A DNA stretch of 64,000 bases from a virus (taxonomy: Duplodnaviria > Caudoviricetes): the IMG/VR virus record IMGVR_UViG_3300001528_000378, positions 64,001-128,000 of that record; one strand, written 5' to 3'. Of this stretch, positions 27,213-36,869 are shown in pieces. Position numbers and translations under genes: made by a program. Under the pieces are notes generated by a model. The model ran no database searches, was not told the origin of the DNA, and saw nothing but the letters and a program-made list of their open reading frames with translations. The stretch's first letter is position 1; every line of letters starts with the position of its first letter.

Positions 27213-28010
27213 TTAGAATAAACTACCTGTTTTGGTATCCTTACGTCTAATGACATTATGGACTTTATCATAATACCAATACTCACATAAATCCCAAATA
27301 TCATCCAGCTTTCCATTGACTTCGTCCACCTTACAACCAGGTGCTTCCCCCTGTAACTTACTCAAAAACTCCTTTTGGTAGTCATCGGTTATGAAAGCTG
27401 TCAAGTTTATGCTATCACAAACCTTTATATTTATAGAGTCTAAAATATTATCTAACGTGTCATCCAATGACACTCCGTACTGGTAGTTATTAATAGCTAC
27501 ATACGTAGATATTAATACTCCCATTTCCACCTCGTCTGTACCCCCATTAAGGGCAATTCTTTCCAAGAAGTCTTTGGTATTATCTGCATAAAATGGGATA
27601 AAACCAGAGCAAGGAGTAAACTCTCTTTTTAAGAATGCCTCAAAGTATGGGTGGTCCTTTACTCTATTAATAAGTTCCTGCACGGTAAAGGGCATCTCTG
27701 TCTGGTAGATGATGACATCCGTTTCATAATTATAATACTTTGGAGAATGCACAAAACATCTTACCAAACGGAAATCACTGGGTAAGTATGCGTCAATCCA
27801 ATTATCTGCAACGGCCTGCTGGTAGTCATCACAGTCAAAAGCATCCCACAAAGGGGTATTATCCAATACCCTTTGTATCGTTTCGTCATTTGACCACAAA
27901 TCAAAGTCCTGCTCACTATTTAAAAATACAGACTCATAAAAGCCTGCGAAACCAAAGGACCTAGCTTGCACTTTTTTATCATTTAAATTATTTTTCATAG
28001 ATGCCTCCAC
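27213..28010 (-). CDS. acidic hypothetical phage protein
   Basis: FAGFYES..SPKYYNYETD..SGFIPFY; own promoter at ~28020-28048. Confidence 0.75.
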   Translation of the reverse strand: MEASMKNNLNDKKVQARSFGFAGFYESVFLNSEQDFDLWSNDETIQRVLDNTPLWDAFDCDDYQQAVADNWIDAYLPSDFRLVRCFVHSPKYYNYETDVIIYQTEMPFTVQELINRVKDHPYFEAFLKREFTPCSGFIPFYADNTKDFLERIALNGGTDEVEMGVLISTYVAINNYQYGVSLDDTLDNILDSINIKVCDSINLTAFITDDYQKEFLSKLQGEAPGCKVDEVNGKLDDIWDLCEYWYYDKVHNVIRRKDTKTGSLF

Positions 28011-28051
28011 ATAAATACATTATATCATATTATGGGTATATTGTCAATACT

Positions 28052-28636
28052 CTATTTTACAATTTCCACCATAAAGTTTTCCCTCCAAAAATCGTTCTCT
28101 GTAACCTCTCTAAAAATAGAGGTACTATCAAAAACTTTGGGAGAATATCCCCTAACAAAAGTAGTTCTATTAATTTTGGTAACATACTTACCAGTATTTT
28201 TATCCTTTATGATAAACTTAATAGACGAAGCACCATCCATCAAAGCCTTGTATAATGCTTCCCTACCTTCTTTATAGAAGGCTTGTCTTAAAGCTTCAGC
28301 TCTATTAAGAAAATGTTTCTTATTCCTGCTGGTAGAGGCGTACTTTAACGCTTTATTATATAGCGTATAAATACGATCATACTTTTTTAGGTACCCAAAG
28401 TACCTAGCTAAATTTGCCACGTCCAAATATTTGTTTTTTCCCTTTTGAAACTCTCCGTGCAAATAGTCCAAAAGGATTCTTTTTTCCAATTCCCCCCTAC
28501 TATACCCTTCATTTTTCCCAAGCGTCCACTTATTATAATATTTTGGAAACTCGTTGCTAGAGGCGGACACAACATCTGCCACATACCCATTATCCCCTTT
28601 TCGTACCCTTAAATTTTTTACAATTTCGTAAGACAT
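28052..28636 (-). CDS. hypothetical protein
   Basis: 194-aa ORF, GGGGG RBS. Confidence 0.7.
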   Translation of the reverse strand: MSYEIVKNLRVRKGDNGYVADVVSASSNEFPKYYNKWTLGKNEGYSRGELEKRILLDYLHGEFQKGKNKYLDVANLARYFGYLKKYDRIYTLYNKALKYASTSRNKKHFLNRAEALRQAFYKEGREALYKALMDGASSIKFIIKDKNTGKYVTKINRTTFVRGYSPKVFDSTSIFREVTENDFWRENFMVEIVK

Positions 28637-28644
28637 ATACCCCC

Positions 28645-28905
28645 CTATTTATTAATGTTAATTGTACCCTCTTTGATCAATTTTTCAATCCCCTTTTTAT
28701 TAAGGAATTTATTATCAATGCTACTATATTCTTTTAAAAATAAGTAGAGATGTCTCAATGTCGTACGGGAATAATCCCAGTCTTTATACAAGGTTACTTT
28801 ATTTCTACTAACACTAGCAATTAAAGACTTATAGGATTGGAAATAAACAGTCCCCTCATTTGAAATAATGTATTGATTGTTATGATAATATTTCTTTACA
28901 AGCAT
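28645..28905 (-). CDS. conserved small phage protein
   Basis: NQYII..YFQSY..WDYSRTTLRHLYLFL. Confidence 0.75.
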   Translation of the reverse strand: MLVKKYYHNNQYIISNEGTVYFQSYKSLIASVSRNKVTLYKDWDYSRTTLRHLYLFLKEYSSIDNKFLNKKGIEKLIKEGTININK

Positions 28906-28989
28906 ATTAAACCTCCTTTTTTGGTATATTATTAGATGCTTATCTTAAAACAAGCACAAGCGGATATAGGCGGATAGGATGGGGGGCAG

Positions 28990-29565
28990 TTAGCGGTCCG
29001 CCCAATAGGTAAATGTGTTTAACTTTTCAGCCCCGTATTTTTTCCACCAAACAGAGAGTCTTTTTTCAAAGTCCGCCAAAACTTTTTTATAGGCGGATAT
29101 AATCATTTCCCGCTCCGCTTTATCCAAACATACCACGGGTATAACATCTGGCATTTTTTCGTGCTTTTTTAATCCGTTTTCAATTTCCCCGCAATCCGTT
29201 AAATGATCATAATTCTCCCATACCAATCTAGCAGTTCCGTTGTACAAGTACATCACCCCAAGCACATAGGGGTATTGCATACAATTTTCCCTTTCCAAAG
29301 TCTGCACAATTTTCTGTAATTCTTTGGTATTTCGGTAGATAAAATAATCCTTCATTTTATCCTTATTTTTAAGCAAATCCTTATAAAGCTCAAAGTTTGG
29401 ACCTTCATCATAAAAGCTGAAGTTTTTTTCAATACAGGGCTGATTAATTCCCAATATAGTACCATTAAATTGCACAGCATCGGCGGTATGTTTTTGCAAC
29501 CCTTTGGCCATCCTTTCATTGGTAGGCCAATTTCTTTTGGCATATACTTTTATTAGTTCTTTCAT
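28990..29565 (-). CDS. hypothetical protein
   Basis: 191-aa ORF, GGAGG RBS. Confidence 0.75.
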   Translation of the reverse strand: MKELIKVYAKRNWPTNERMAKGLQKHTADAVQFNGTILGINQPCIEKNFSFYDEGPNFELYKDLLKNKDKMKDYFIYRNTKELQKIVQTLERENCMQYPYVLGVMYLYNGTARLVWENYDHLTDCGEIENGLKKHEKMPDVIPVVCLDKAEREMIISAYKKVLADFEKRLSVWWKKYGAEKLNTFTYWADR

Positions 29566-29583
29566 AAATACCTCCCCCCCCTA

Positions 29584-29745
29584 TTAAGGACGTAGGGGGC
29601 AACCATCTAATTTTCCACAATCCGGAGTTTCCGCGTCAAGGCACGGGCAAATATAAGTAATAAAAGTCTCGTCAAAGCCCCTAGTTTCTGCGCGGATGGG
29701 GCAATCTATACAATTTTTAGGAAATGGGATATTTATCTTTGTCAT
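29584..29745 (-). CDS. 53-aa Cys-rich protein (not in ORF track)
   Basis: MTKINIPFPKNCIDCPIRAETRGFDETFITYICPCLDAETPDCGKLDGCPLRP. Confidence 0.7.
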   Translation of the reverse strand: MTKINIPFPKNCIDCPIRAETRGFDETFITYICPCLDAETPDCGKLDGCPLRP

Positions 29746-29760
29746 AAGTACAACCCCCTA

Positions 29761-29979
29761 TTAGATACCTAAAATAATCTTATAGGTATCTGTCTTTTTT
29801 AGATATTTTATAGATACCACGTAACAATTCCACGATTTAAGTGTATCATCAAAAACGGTTACGTCATCCGCAAGTTCAAAGTGCTCCCTATAAATGACAA
29901 ATACACATTTTTCATTATCATAATAATCTGTATTTTTTAAAATTATGGTAGTCATAGTATACCTCCTTATAAGTCGCAA
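29761..29979 (-). CDS. hypothetical protein (likely start MTTII)
   Basis: AAGGAGG RBS. Confidence 0.6.
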   Translation of the reverse strand: MRLIRRYTMTTIILKNTDYYDNEKCVFVIYREHFELADDVTVFDDTLKSWNCYVVSIKYLKKTDTYKIILGI

Positions 29980-30272
29980 ACCAAAGAATAAACATATCTA
30001 CAAAGTGTATTATATTGTTTATTCTGCCAATAGTCAAGTAAAATATCTTTTTTATCGGCAAGAATTGCGTTCATTTTCTCTAACTTTTTACTAGACTTGC
30101 GCCCCTCTAATAAGGTAAAGTAAAAATTTCCCTCGTCAAAAGGGGAGTACTCCGAAATAGTTATTCCACCAAGTTTGCGCTCCCTTTCTTTCTGGACGTG
30201 TAGGTTATATTCCCCCTCGCTATGTGAAATATGTATATCTAAAACAAAATTATTTTCTAATGCTACTTTCAT
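29967..30272 (-). CDS. hypothetical protein, first gene downstream of the promoter battery
   Basis: GGGAGG RBS. Confidence 0.7.
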   Translation of the reverse strand: MKVALENNFVLDIHISHSEGEYNLHVQKERERKLGGITISEYSPFDEGNFYFTLLEGRKSSKKLEKMNAILADKKDILLDYWQNKQYNTLCRYVYSLVCDL

Positions 30273-30883
30273 AATACTACCTCCCTTGGTACTCCTATTC
30301 CATTATATAATCACACACGCCCCCCCCCATATGGCGGTTTGTGGCGGATATGATTGTATAATGGAGGGGGTATATTTAACTAGGTTAGGTACTTATATTT
30401 TGTACCTTCTATTGTACCCCCCTCCTTTTTTTTTTACATTTATTTCCTTTTTTTAGTGTTTGATTAATTAACAAGGGAAATCACCCCCGCCATCACGGCC
30501 TAGGCCTTTTATTTGGTATCATAGTTCTATTTTTGGTACAAACATAATGCAATATCTTATATGATCTCATATATCCTACCTTCACACTAGTATATTGATC
30601 CTCCCCTATTATTTTTTGCCGTGCAAAAATAAGTTAGGTTATCACTTTATATTAGATGTTGGGAGTTACTTTTTATGTGCCACATATCCCTTTTTACATT
30701 ATTTTTGTATCAATTTTTCCAATAGTTATATTGGTATATTTTTTGATACTTTTCTTAAATTATCAAAGATCCGTATTTTAATTATTTATCATATTTGCTT
30801 ATCAATCCTAATAATTTGATGCTATCTGGTTATCATCCATTGATAAACTCTTTATGACTGGTTTTTAAAATACCACTGTATAC

Positions 30884-31728
30884 ATTATAGCATATTATAA
30901 TATCATTGTCAATAGTCTTTTAATGATACATATGCAAACTAATAAAGATAGATTGTACGACTATATCCGTACCGCTCTCTATATAGGTATACTTGTAAAG
31001 ATCTATGAGCTCCTTTTAACATTAGCCCCTCGTTTCCTTCATACTTATATTATAGCATATTTTACTACTCTTGTCAATACCTTTTTTATTTTAGAGGTGG
31101 TATTTGTTTTCCCCTATACTTATAGCATAGCATATTTGGTTTTGATTGTCAAGGCACTTTTCCAAGTCCGTTTGATCTTTACCATCTGCTTTACTATACT
31201 TATATGTTAGCAAATTTTGATATTGATGTCAAGCCCTATTTTTATTCTTTTAGAGGCACTTGCAAATATCTTTTTTGCTCCCTTCATACTTATATTATAG
31301 CATATTTTGGAACTAATGTCAAGGCGCTTTTTCCAAGCCCTTCAATTAATACCCTTCTGCTATACATATATTATAACAAATAAATTTAACATTGTCAAGG
31401 GCCTTTTTTATCCCCTTATAATTCCTTATCTGCTATACTTATATATTAGCATATTTTACGGATTATGTCAAGGCCTTAATTTTAAAACACTTTTTTAATA
31501 GTGGTATATTATACCATATTATGATGCTTAAGTCAATACCCTTTTTTATGTGTTTATTAGCTTACGGCCTGGGCCTCTAATGATATTTTACAATTTTAAA
31601 AGACAGATGTCAATAGGTATTTTTATTCTATTTTACCCATATCCTATATTTTACCATATTATTAGACAGATGTCAATAGGCTTTTTATCCCATCTTTACA
31701 TTATATCATATTTGAAGCATTTTGTCAA
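30884..31728 (-). promoter_or_regulatory. tandem array of 11 sigma70 promoters
   Basis: -35 hexamers begin (plus coordinates) at 30907, 31072, 31147, 31227, 31317, 31393, 31466, 31531, 31608, 31671, 31723; each exactly 17 bp from TATAAT/TAAAAT/TAATAT/TAACAT/TATGCT. Confidence 0.9.
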
Positions 31729-32165
31729 GTGCAGCTCATAGATTCCATTAATACATACTACCATAAAAACACGGAGAAACCCCTAGCAGAATCGTAACTT
31801 ATCCCTATATTTTAAGGGTTTTTAAAAAGTGCCCGTTTGTCTGTTTTATATCTATTTTAGGTATTTAATGGAGCATTTCATAGGTTAGTCTTATTATATG
31901 TTATCTAATGCAAATTAATTAGATATCTAATACTACAAAAGTTTAGCATCCCCTAGTGATTCCTTAATTTATCCCTATATTATAAGACTTTTCTTATCTA
32001 ATATAAATTAATTAGTATTAATACAATCTGTGCCTAATTATGTAAAACATCCTAAAAGCCTCTATTTCATTTTTACCTATATCTACCTACCAGCTATAAA
32101 TAAAAACCGTTCCTAGGGCATTTTAGGGCCCTTTACGGGCATCCTAGCAAGCATATCTAATAAAT

Positions 32166-32191
32166 AAAAAGGGCACCAATTGGTGCCCTTT
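32166..32191 (-). terminator. intrinsic terminator / perfect palindrome
   Basis: AAAGGGCACCAATTGGTGCCCTTT then T tract on minus strand. Confidence 0.7.
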
Positions 32192-32211
32192 AAATAAAAC
32201 ACAATCATACT

Positions 32212-32373
32212 TTATTTGTCATAAATGATCCAGCTACTTCCCAAATCCCCGGGATCCTTTACCACCAAAACAGAATTATCACAAGTTAGGCCCTTCTTGT
32301 AACATACATCCAGCATCTTATTAATACCTTTACCTCTTGCCAAAACTAGTCTCCCGTGCTTCTCTCCGTTCAT
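32212..32373 (-). CDS. 53-aa protein in its own promoter-gene-terminator cassette
   Basis: MNGEKHGRLVLARGKGINKMLDVCYKKGLTCDNSVLVVKDPGDLGSSWIIYDK; AAAGGAGG RBS. Confidence 0.75.
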   Translation of the reverse strand: MNGEKHGRLVLARGKGINKMLDVCYKKGLTCDNSVLVVKDPGDLGSSWIIYDK

Positions 32374-32400
32374 ACCCTACCTCCTTTATGTATTTATTAT

Positions 32401-32669
32401 ATCCTAGCATATTATTAGATAGATGTCAATATGTATATTTAATAACACAATGTTTTATACCATATCCTACAATGCCCTTTAATTAAGCAAAATTGCCCCT
32501 TCCTGCGACTTTTATTTGTAGCTGGTACCTGTATACCCCTCAAATCGTTATAGAGCGTTTTGATGTGTCTGCATATATATTATACCATATTAAAACTTAT
32601 ATGTCAATATCCTTTTTACATCCCAGATTGGGGGCTTTGCATTATACCATATTATCTCGCACCAGTCAA
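32401..32669 (-). promoter_or_regulatory. three further tandem sigma70 promoters
   Basis: -35 at 32424, 32602, 32664; 17-bp spacers to TAGGAT, TATAAT, TATAAT. Confidence 0.8.
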
Positions 32670-33105
32670 TACCTATTTTTAACATACGCTAACATCTAAA
32701 ACTCTTTACGCCTAATATCACCTCATCACACGCTAGCATTGCTAGTAAAGCTAATTATCCCTATTTTTTAAGCATTTTTGCCCCTTAATGCTATTATATC
32801 CCACTCCACATACCACTGTATAGCCCTTGCTCCAAAAACTTGATATAAAGCATTATAGCACGCTTGGCAGCCACCACAGTTTTCCCTATATGGCCGCTTT
32901 CCCCCGCTTGCCAAAATTAAGAGTAGCGGATATAGACCGATGAAAGTGGGTTATCAGATACCAAAAATTCTATTTTTAAATTTTGGAAAAAATTTTGCAA
33001 TACCAACCACAAAAAAAATTATAAAAAATTTTTTACAACTTTTTCTACAATAATAGGGTCTAACTGAAACTGAATTAGACCTTTAATTATTCATTTTGAG
33101 ATATA

Positions 33106-33792
33106 TTATTTAGGCACTATACTTAACTGTGTTCTAGTTTGTATATCTTCAAGAATTTGTCTACATATGGGAGTTATATCCGACTCACTAACAATCTGCT
33201 GTTTATTAATTCTATTATAAATAGTTGAGTATGTTATACCCGTTTTTCTAGCTATATCACAAACGGGTAATAATTCTCCCAGGTATAGATATTTCTTCCC
33301 CCAAGCATTTCTATTGTTCATATTCTCTTTATGTGAGACCCAATGACAGTTATCTGGTGTATAGTTCCCATTGTTATCGATTCTATCTAATTCTAAGTTA
33401 TCTGAGTAGCCTGTTATTTCTGCCCATGATTTAAACACCTTATATCCATCTACTTTATCTAACCACTCGGAGCAAACCTGTATACCTCTACCGCCATATC
33501 TTTCATAGTTAATATTATTTGGGTTTGTACATCTATCAATCATCTTGTACCAGATTCCGTAAAGCCTTTCGTAACTCTTACCTCGTAGTTTATTACAACC
33601 ACAATTAAGTTTATGTTTTAGATAATAAATACTGGTTGTAAATTTATTCCCGCATTTACATTGGCATAGAACGGTATAATTGACCACATCTACATATAGT
33701 ATTATTACATCTCCAAATTTAGCCCCTATCGTTATATCAGATAGGTAGATTGATTTATATTTCTTTACATTTGTGTTAACTTCACCACTCAT
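33106..33792 (-). CDS. HNH homing endonuclease
   Basis: CQCKCG; YGGRGIQVCSEW; LELDRIDNNGNYTPDNCHWVSHKENMNNR. Confidence 0.88.
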   Translation of the reverse strand: MSGEVNTNVKKYKSIYLSDITIGAKFGDVIILYVDVVNYTVLCQCKCGNKFTTSIYYLKHKLNCGCNKLRGKSYERLYGIWYKMIDRCTNPNNINYERYGGRGIQVCSEWLDKVDGYKVFKSWAEITGYSDNLELDRIDNNGNYTPDNCHWVSHKENMNNRNAWGKKYLYLGELLPVCDIARKTGITYSTIYNRINKQQIVSESDITPICRQILEDIQTRTQLSIVPK

Positions 33793-33986
33793 ATTTTTAT
33801 TCTCTCTTATAACTTATTTACATAATTCTTTAAACTATCTTTAACTTCTTGAATATTTCCTAATAACCTACTATTTTAATACAATTAATTGTTTTATATA
33901 ACCATAGTCTAATGTAATATACAGCATACTTCCTTTATCAACTATGGAAATATTATCAATAGCGCCTTTATACTTATAATTTAGAA

Positions 33987-34499
33987 TCATACATTTAATT
34001 CTTTCTTTACATTTCCTATATAGTTAATTAATTCTTGGTCTGAAATTATCTGATAATCCCACACATCTATGCCTACATTGATGTTTAGTATCTTACTATT
34101 CTTATCATAATAGTGTTTCCATAGATTATGTACATGACCACATATATGTATTGGTAGTTTATTCTGTGAGTTTGTAATTGATGGATAATGAGATGCACTT
34201 ACTTGATATTGTCCCAATGTGGTTATTATTAAATCTGCCACCGAACTTACTTTATTATTTTTATCATGATTTCCTTTTATATTTATAAAAATTGGACTTA
34301 TCTGATTTATATAGTAGTCTTCTTTACACCCAAACACAAAATCACCCAAGTGTATTAGAGTATCATTGGTAGATGTAGTATTGTTAATGGTATCTATTAG
34401 TTCTGCATCCATTTGTTTGGTATCTATAAAGGGTCTATTGCAATACTTTATGATATTTGTGTGATTAAAGTGTAAATCAGATGTCCAAAATCTATTCAT
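33987..34499 (-). CDS. calcineurin-like metallophosphoesterase
   Basis: SDLHFNH, HLGDF, GNHD, SHYP, GHVH, NVGID. Confidence 0.9.
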   Translation of the reverse strand: MNRFWTSDLHFNHTNIIKYCNRPFIDTKQMDAELIDTINNTTSTNDTLIHLGDFVFGCKEDYYINQISPIFINIKGNHDKNNKVSSVADLIITTLGQYQVSASHYPSITNSQNKLPIHICGHVHNLWKHYYDKNSKILNINVGIDVWDYQIISDQELINYIGNVKKELNV

Positions 34500-34512
34500 A
34501 ATATTTAAAATA

Positions 34513-34866
34513 CTACCTATTATATAAACTAGATAGTCTATTGGTAAGTTCTGTTAAAGACTCAAAGAACTCATTATAAGGAAGTAAAGAATCAGATAGA
34601 GGCTCTCTTAAATAGTAGATTTCTTTACCAGAATTGTAATTATGATAGATGTCCAAAATAAGTTCTGGCTTTATGGATTCTTTACTCTCTGTATCATAAG
34701 CATAATACTTACCTATGATACTCACAGTAGATAGTAAGTCCTCATTATGATAAGTAAGATGATTATGGTTATTTGTATAAGAATATAACTCAAACTTATC
34801 TAACTTCTTAACCATCTTACAAATTAATGATTCAATATATTTATAATCAACTTTAGTCTTAGTCAT
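34513..34866 (-). CDS. hypothetical protein
   Basis: ORF in operon. Confidence 0.6.
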   Translation of the reverse strand: MTKTKVDYKYIESLICKMVKKLDKFELYSYTNNHNHLTYHNEDLLSTVSIIGKYYAYDTESKESIKPELILDIYHNYNSGKEIYYLREPLSDSLLPYNEFFESLTELTNRLSSLYNR

Positions 34867-34867
34867 A

Positions 34868-35260
34868 TTATTTTTTCTGTAATAGGCTAATTACTTTGTT
34901 ATTTGCCTCTTCATATGTGCAAAATACTCTGTCTTTTTTGTAAACATCAATATTATTGGCTTTTACATCTCTAAGACAGTAATTATAGTCATCATGTGCA
35001 ACATAGTATTTGGTATCAATAAAGATATTTGGATATTCACCCAATACTACATACATCTTCCACTGTGTATCGTTTACTTCATTATCTGGAGTCATTCTGG
35101 TGAAACAAATAGATTTAATATCATTTAATTTATCACACATTTTTAATGCTCCTGATTTGGTATAGCAGGAATATACTTCCACAGTATCCGCAAATCCAAC
35201 AGTTAAAAACTTATTACTGATGAGACTATAGTACACCTTGTATTTTTTATTCAAAAACAT
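34868..35260 (-). CDS. hypothetical protein
   Basis: AGGAG RBS. Confidence 0.6.
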   Translation of the reverse strand: MFLNKKYKVYYSLISNKFLTVGFADTVEVYSCYTKSGALKMCDKLNDIKSICFTRMTPDNEVNDTQWKMYVVLGEYPNIFIDTKYYVAHDDYNYCLRDVKANNIDVYKKDRVFCTYEEANNKVISLLQKK

Positions 35261-35547
35261 ACACTCTCCTTAAAAAATATTGATAAAAACCATCCCTACA
35301 AACCCAACTAATAAAGATCCTACAACTACAGTTGCTCCAGCTAATAAAAATTCCATATTAAATGCCTACCTTATCCGCCGGAGTAAAGGTAAATAAAGTA
35401 GTACGATATTTACCACGTTTAAGTAATGCTCTGGAAGCTCTGTAAATTCTAGTTTTATTCTTTTTCATATCATATCTCCTTGTTTATAAATATAGTATAG
35501 CAAATATTCGTTCCTTTGTCAAGTCTAAAATTAAATTCCCCTTTTGA

Positions 35548-35808
35548 TTATTTATCATTATATTGGTCTAACAGCCTTTTAAGTTCATTCTTTGCCTTAT
35601 TTATGGCTGATTTCTTGTCCAAAAACAAGTAGGGATGGTCTTTTTCAGTAAAATAGTCCACACAACCATCGTCAAAAATAACTGTTACACCCTTTTTATC
35701 TGTATCTTCCTCTATTATGTCTACTTTTACCTCTGAAATTGAGAAATTTACCCCTAAATAGTACAGTTTTTGACCATTTTTAAGCGTTTTTGCATCATTT
35801 TTTGTCAT
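35548..35808 (-). CDS. hypothetical protein
   Basis: ORF in operon. Confidence 0.6.
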   Translation of the reverse strand: MTKNDAKTLKNGQKLYYLGVNFSISEVKVDIIEEDTDKKGVTVIFDDGCVDYFTEKDHPYLFLDKKSAINKAKNELKRLLDQYNDK

Positions 35809-36649
35809 TTTGGAAGTCCTCCCTATGGCTTGATATATCGTCGTATTTATAGGTTAAACCTTGGAATTTTACCTTATTTTCCTCTAAAAAACACACTTTT
35901 TTCTGTTTTTTACTGTGTTTTTGTATATATTTCCTAACTTCTGGGTCTAAACTATATATGAAGCACTTATTTTTGTTCACCCTATGTCTTATTCTATTAT
36001 ACTTTTCTGGAAATATAAGAGGATAGCAGGTTAATAGCCACTTATTCTTTGGTAATAATCCCATTTTTAGAAATTTATCCCGATTTGACTTAATAAGTTT
36101 TCTTATACGCCCACTTGGAACCAGCCTTCCAGCATAATCAATAAAATTTAATATCCTCACAAGTCTGTAATCTGTCAAATATAACATATATAACTGATAT
36201 ATTGCTATGCTCACCCCCTTAAACTCTGGCATATCTGACTTATCAGTTTTTATTACTGGGGATATGTTAACACACCTATTAACTTTTGTTTTAGAAAATA
36301 CTTCATCCACTAGGGAGTTCACATTTGAAATGGTATCATAAACCGCTTGTGCCCCATACCTTATATACAGACCTGTATGATACAAATGTGCTCCTTCATC
36401 CACCACTACAATCCTTGATTTAGATGATGCTTCTTTGGCTGTTGATATTAAGTCAAAAGTTTCATTTCTTCTTTCTTCTTGAACTACAAATAAAATAACT
36501 TCTGGTTTATATATTTTACAAAATCTAATTAAAGATTCCTTATCACCACAAGAACCTATAAAAAAAAGTTTACTCTTATCAATGTCCATCGTGATAAGAG
36601 TTCTCAATAATTCTTTCTTGCAAACAAGTAATAGCGATTTAGAATCCAT
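35795..36649 (-). CDS. hypothetical protein with receiver-like N-terminal domain
   Basis: YKPEVILF..DLISTAKEASSKSRIVVV..YGAQAVY pattern. Confidence 0.5.
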   Translation of the reverse strand: MDSKSLLLVCKKELLRTLITMDIDKSKLFFIGSCGDKESLIRFCKIYKPEVILFVVQEERRNETFDLISTAKEASSKSRIVVVDEGAHLYHTGLYIRYGAQAVYDTISNVNSLVDEVFSKTKVNRCVNISPVIKTDKSDMPEFKGVSIAIYQLYMLYLTDYRLVRILNFIDYAGRLVPSGRIRKLIKSNRDKFLKMGLLPKNKWLLTCYPLIFPEKYNRIRHRVNKNKCFIYSLDPEVRKYIQKHSKKQKKVCFLEENKVKFQGLTYKYDDISSHREDFQNDKK

Positions 36650-36869
36650 GTGTTTTATTTAATGAAAAATATTTACAGATTTGAATTACATTATAAAAGA
36701 AAATGCTTCCATCATCCTTTAATTTATTTTCTTTTATCAAATTCCAAACAGATATTAAGTTATAGCCACAAGAAGAAAAATAATCCTGAAGTAATTTATG
36801 CACTTCCTCAGACTTCAAAATTAAATCCTCCGATGTAAGTATTTTAGTTTCTAAAATTTCTTGTGTCAT
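36639..36869 (-). CDS. hypothetical protein
   Basis: ORF in operon. Confidence 0.55.
   Translation of the reverse strand: MTQEILETKILTSEDLILKSEEVHKLLQDYFSSCGYNLISVWNLIKENKLKDDGSIFFYNVIQICKYFSLNKTHGF

Noticed and set aside
30884-31728. CRISPR array
   Set aside because: Repeats are degenerate and non-palindromic, periods vary from 52 to 90 bp, conserved positions are exactly the -35/-10 boxes, and no cas operon is present
30175-32699. Plus-strand ORFs in the promoter block
   Set aside because: Low-complexity I/L/F/Y translations without RBS, antisense to the promoters
31799-32772. DnaA boxes
   Set aside because: TTATCCCTA has two mismatches to TTATCCACA and conservation extends beyond 9 bp
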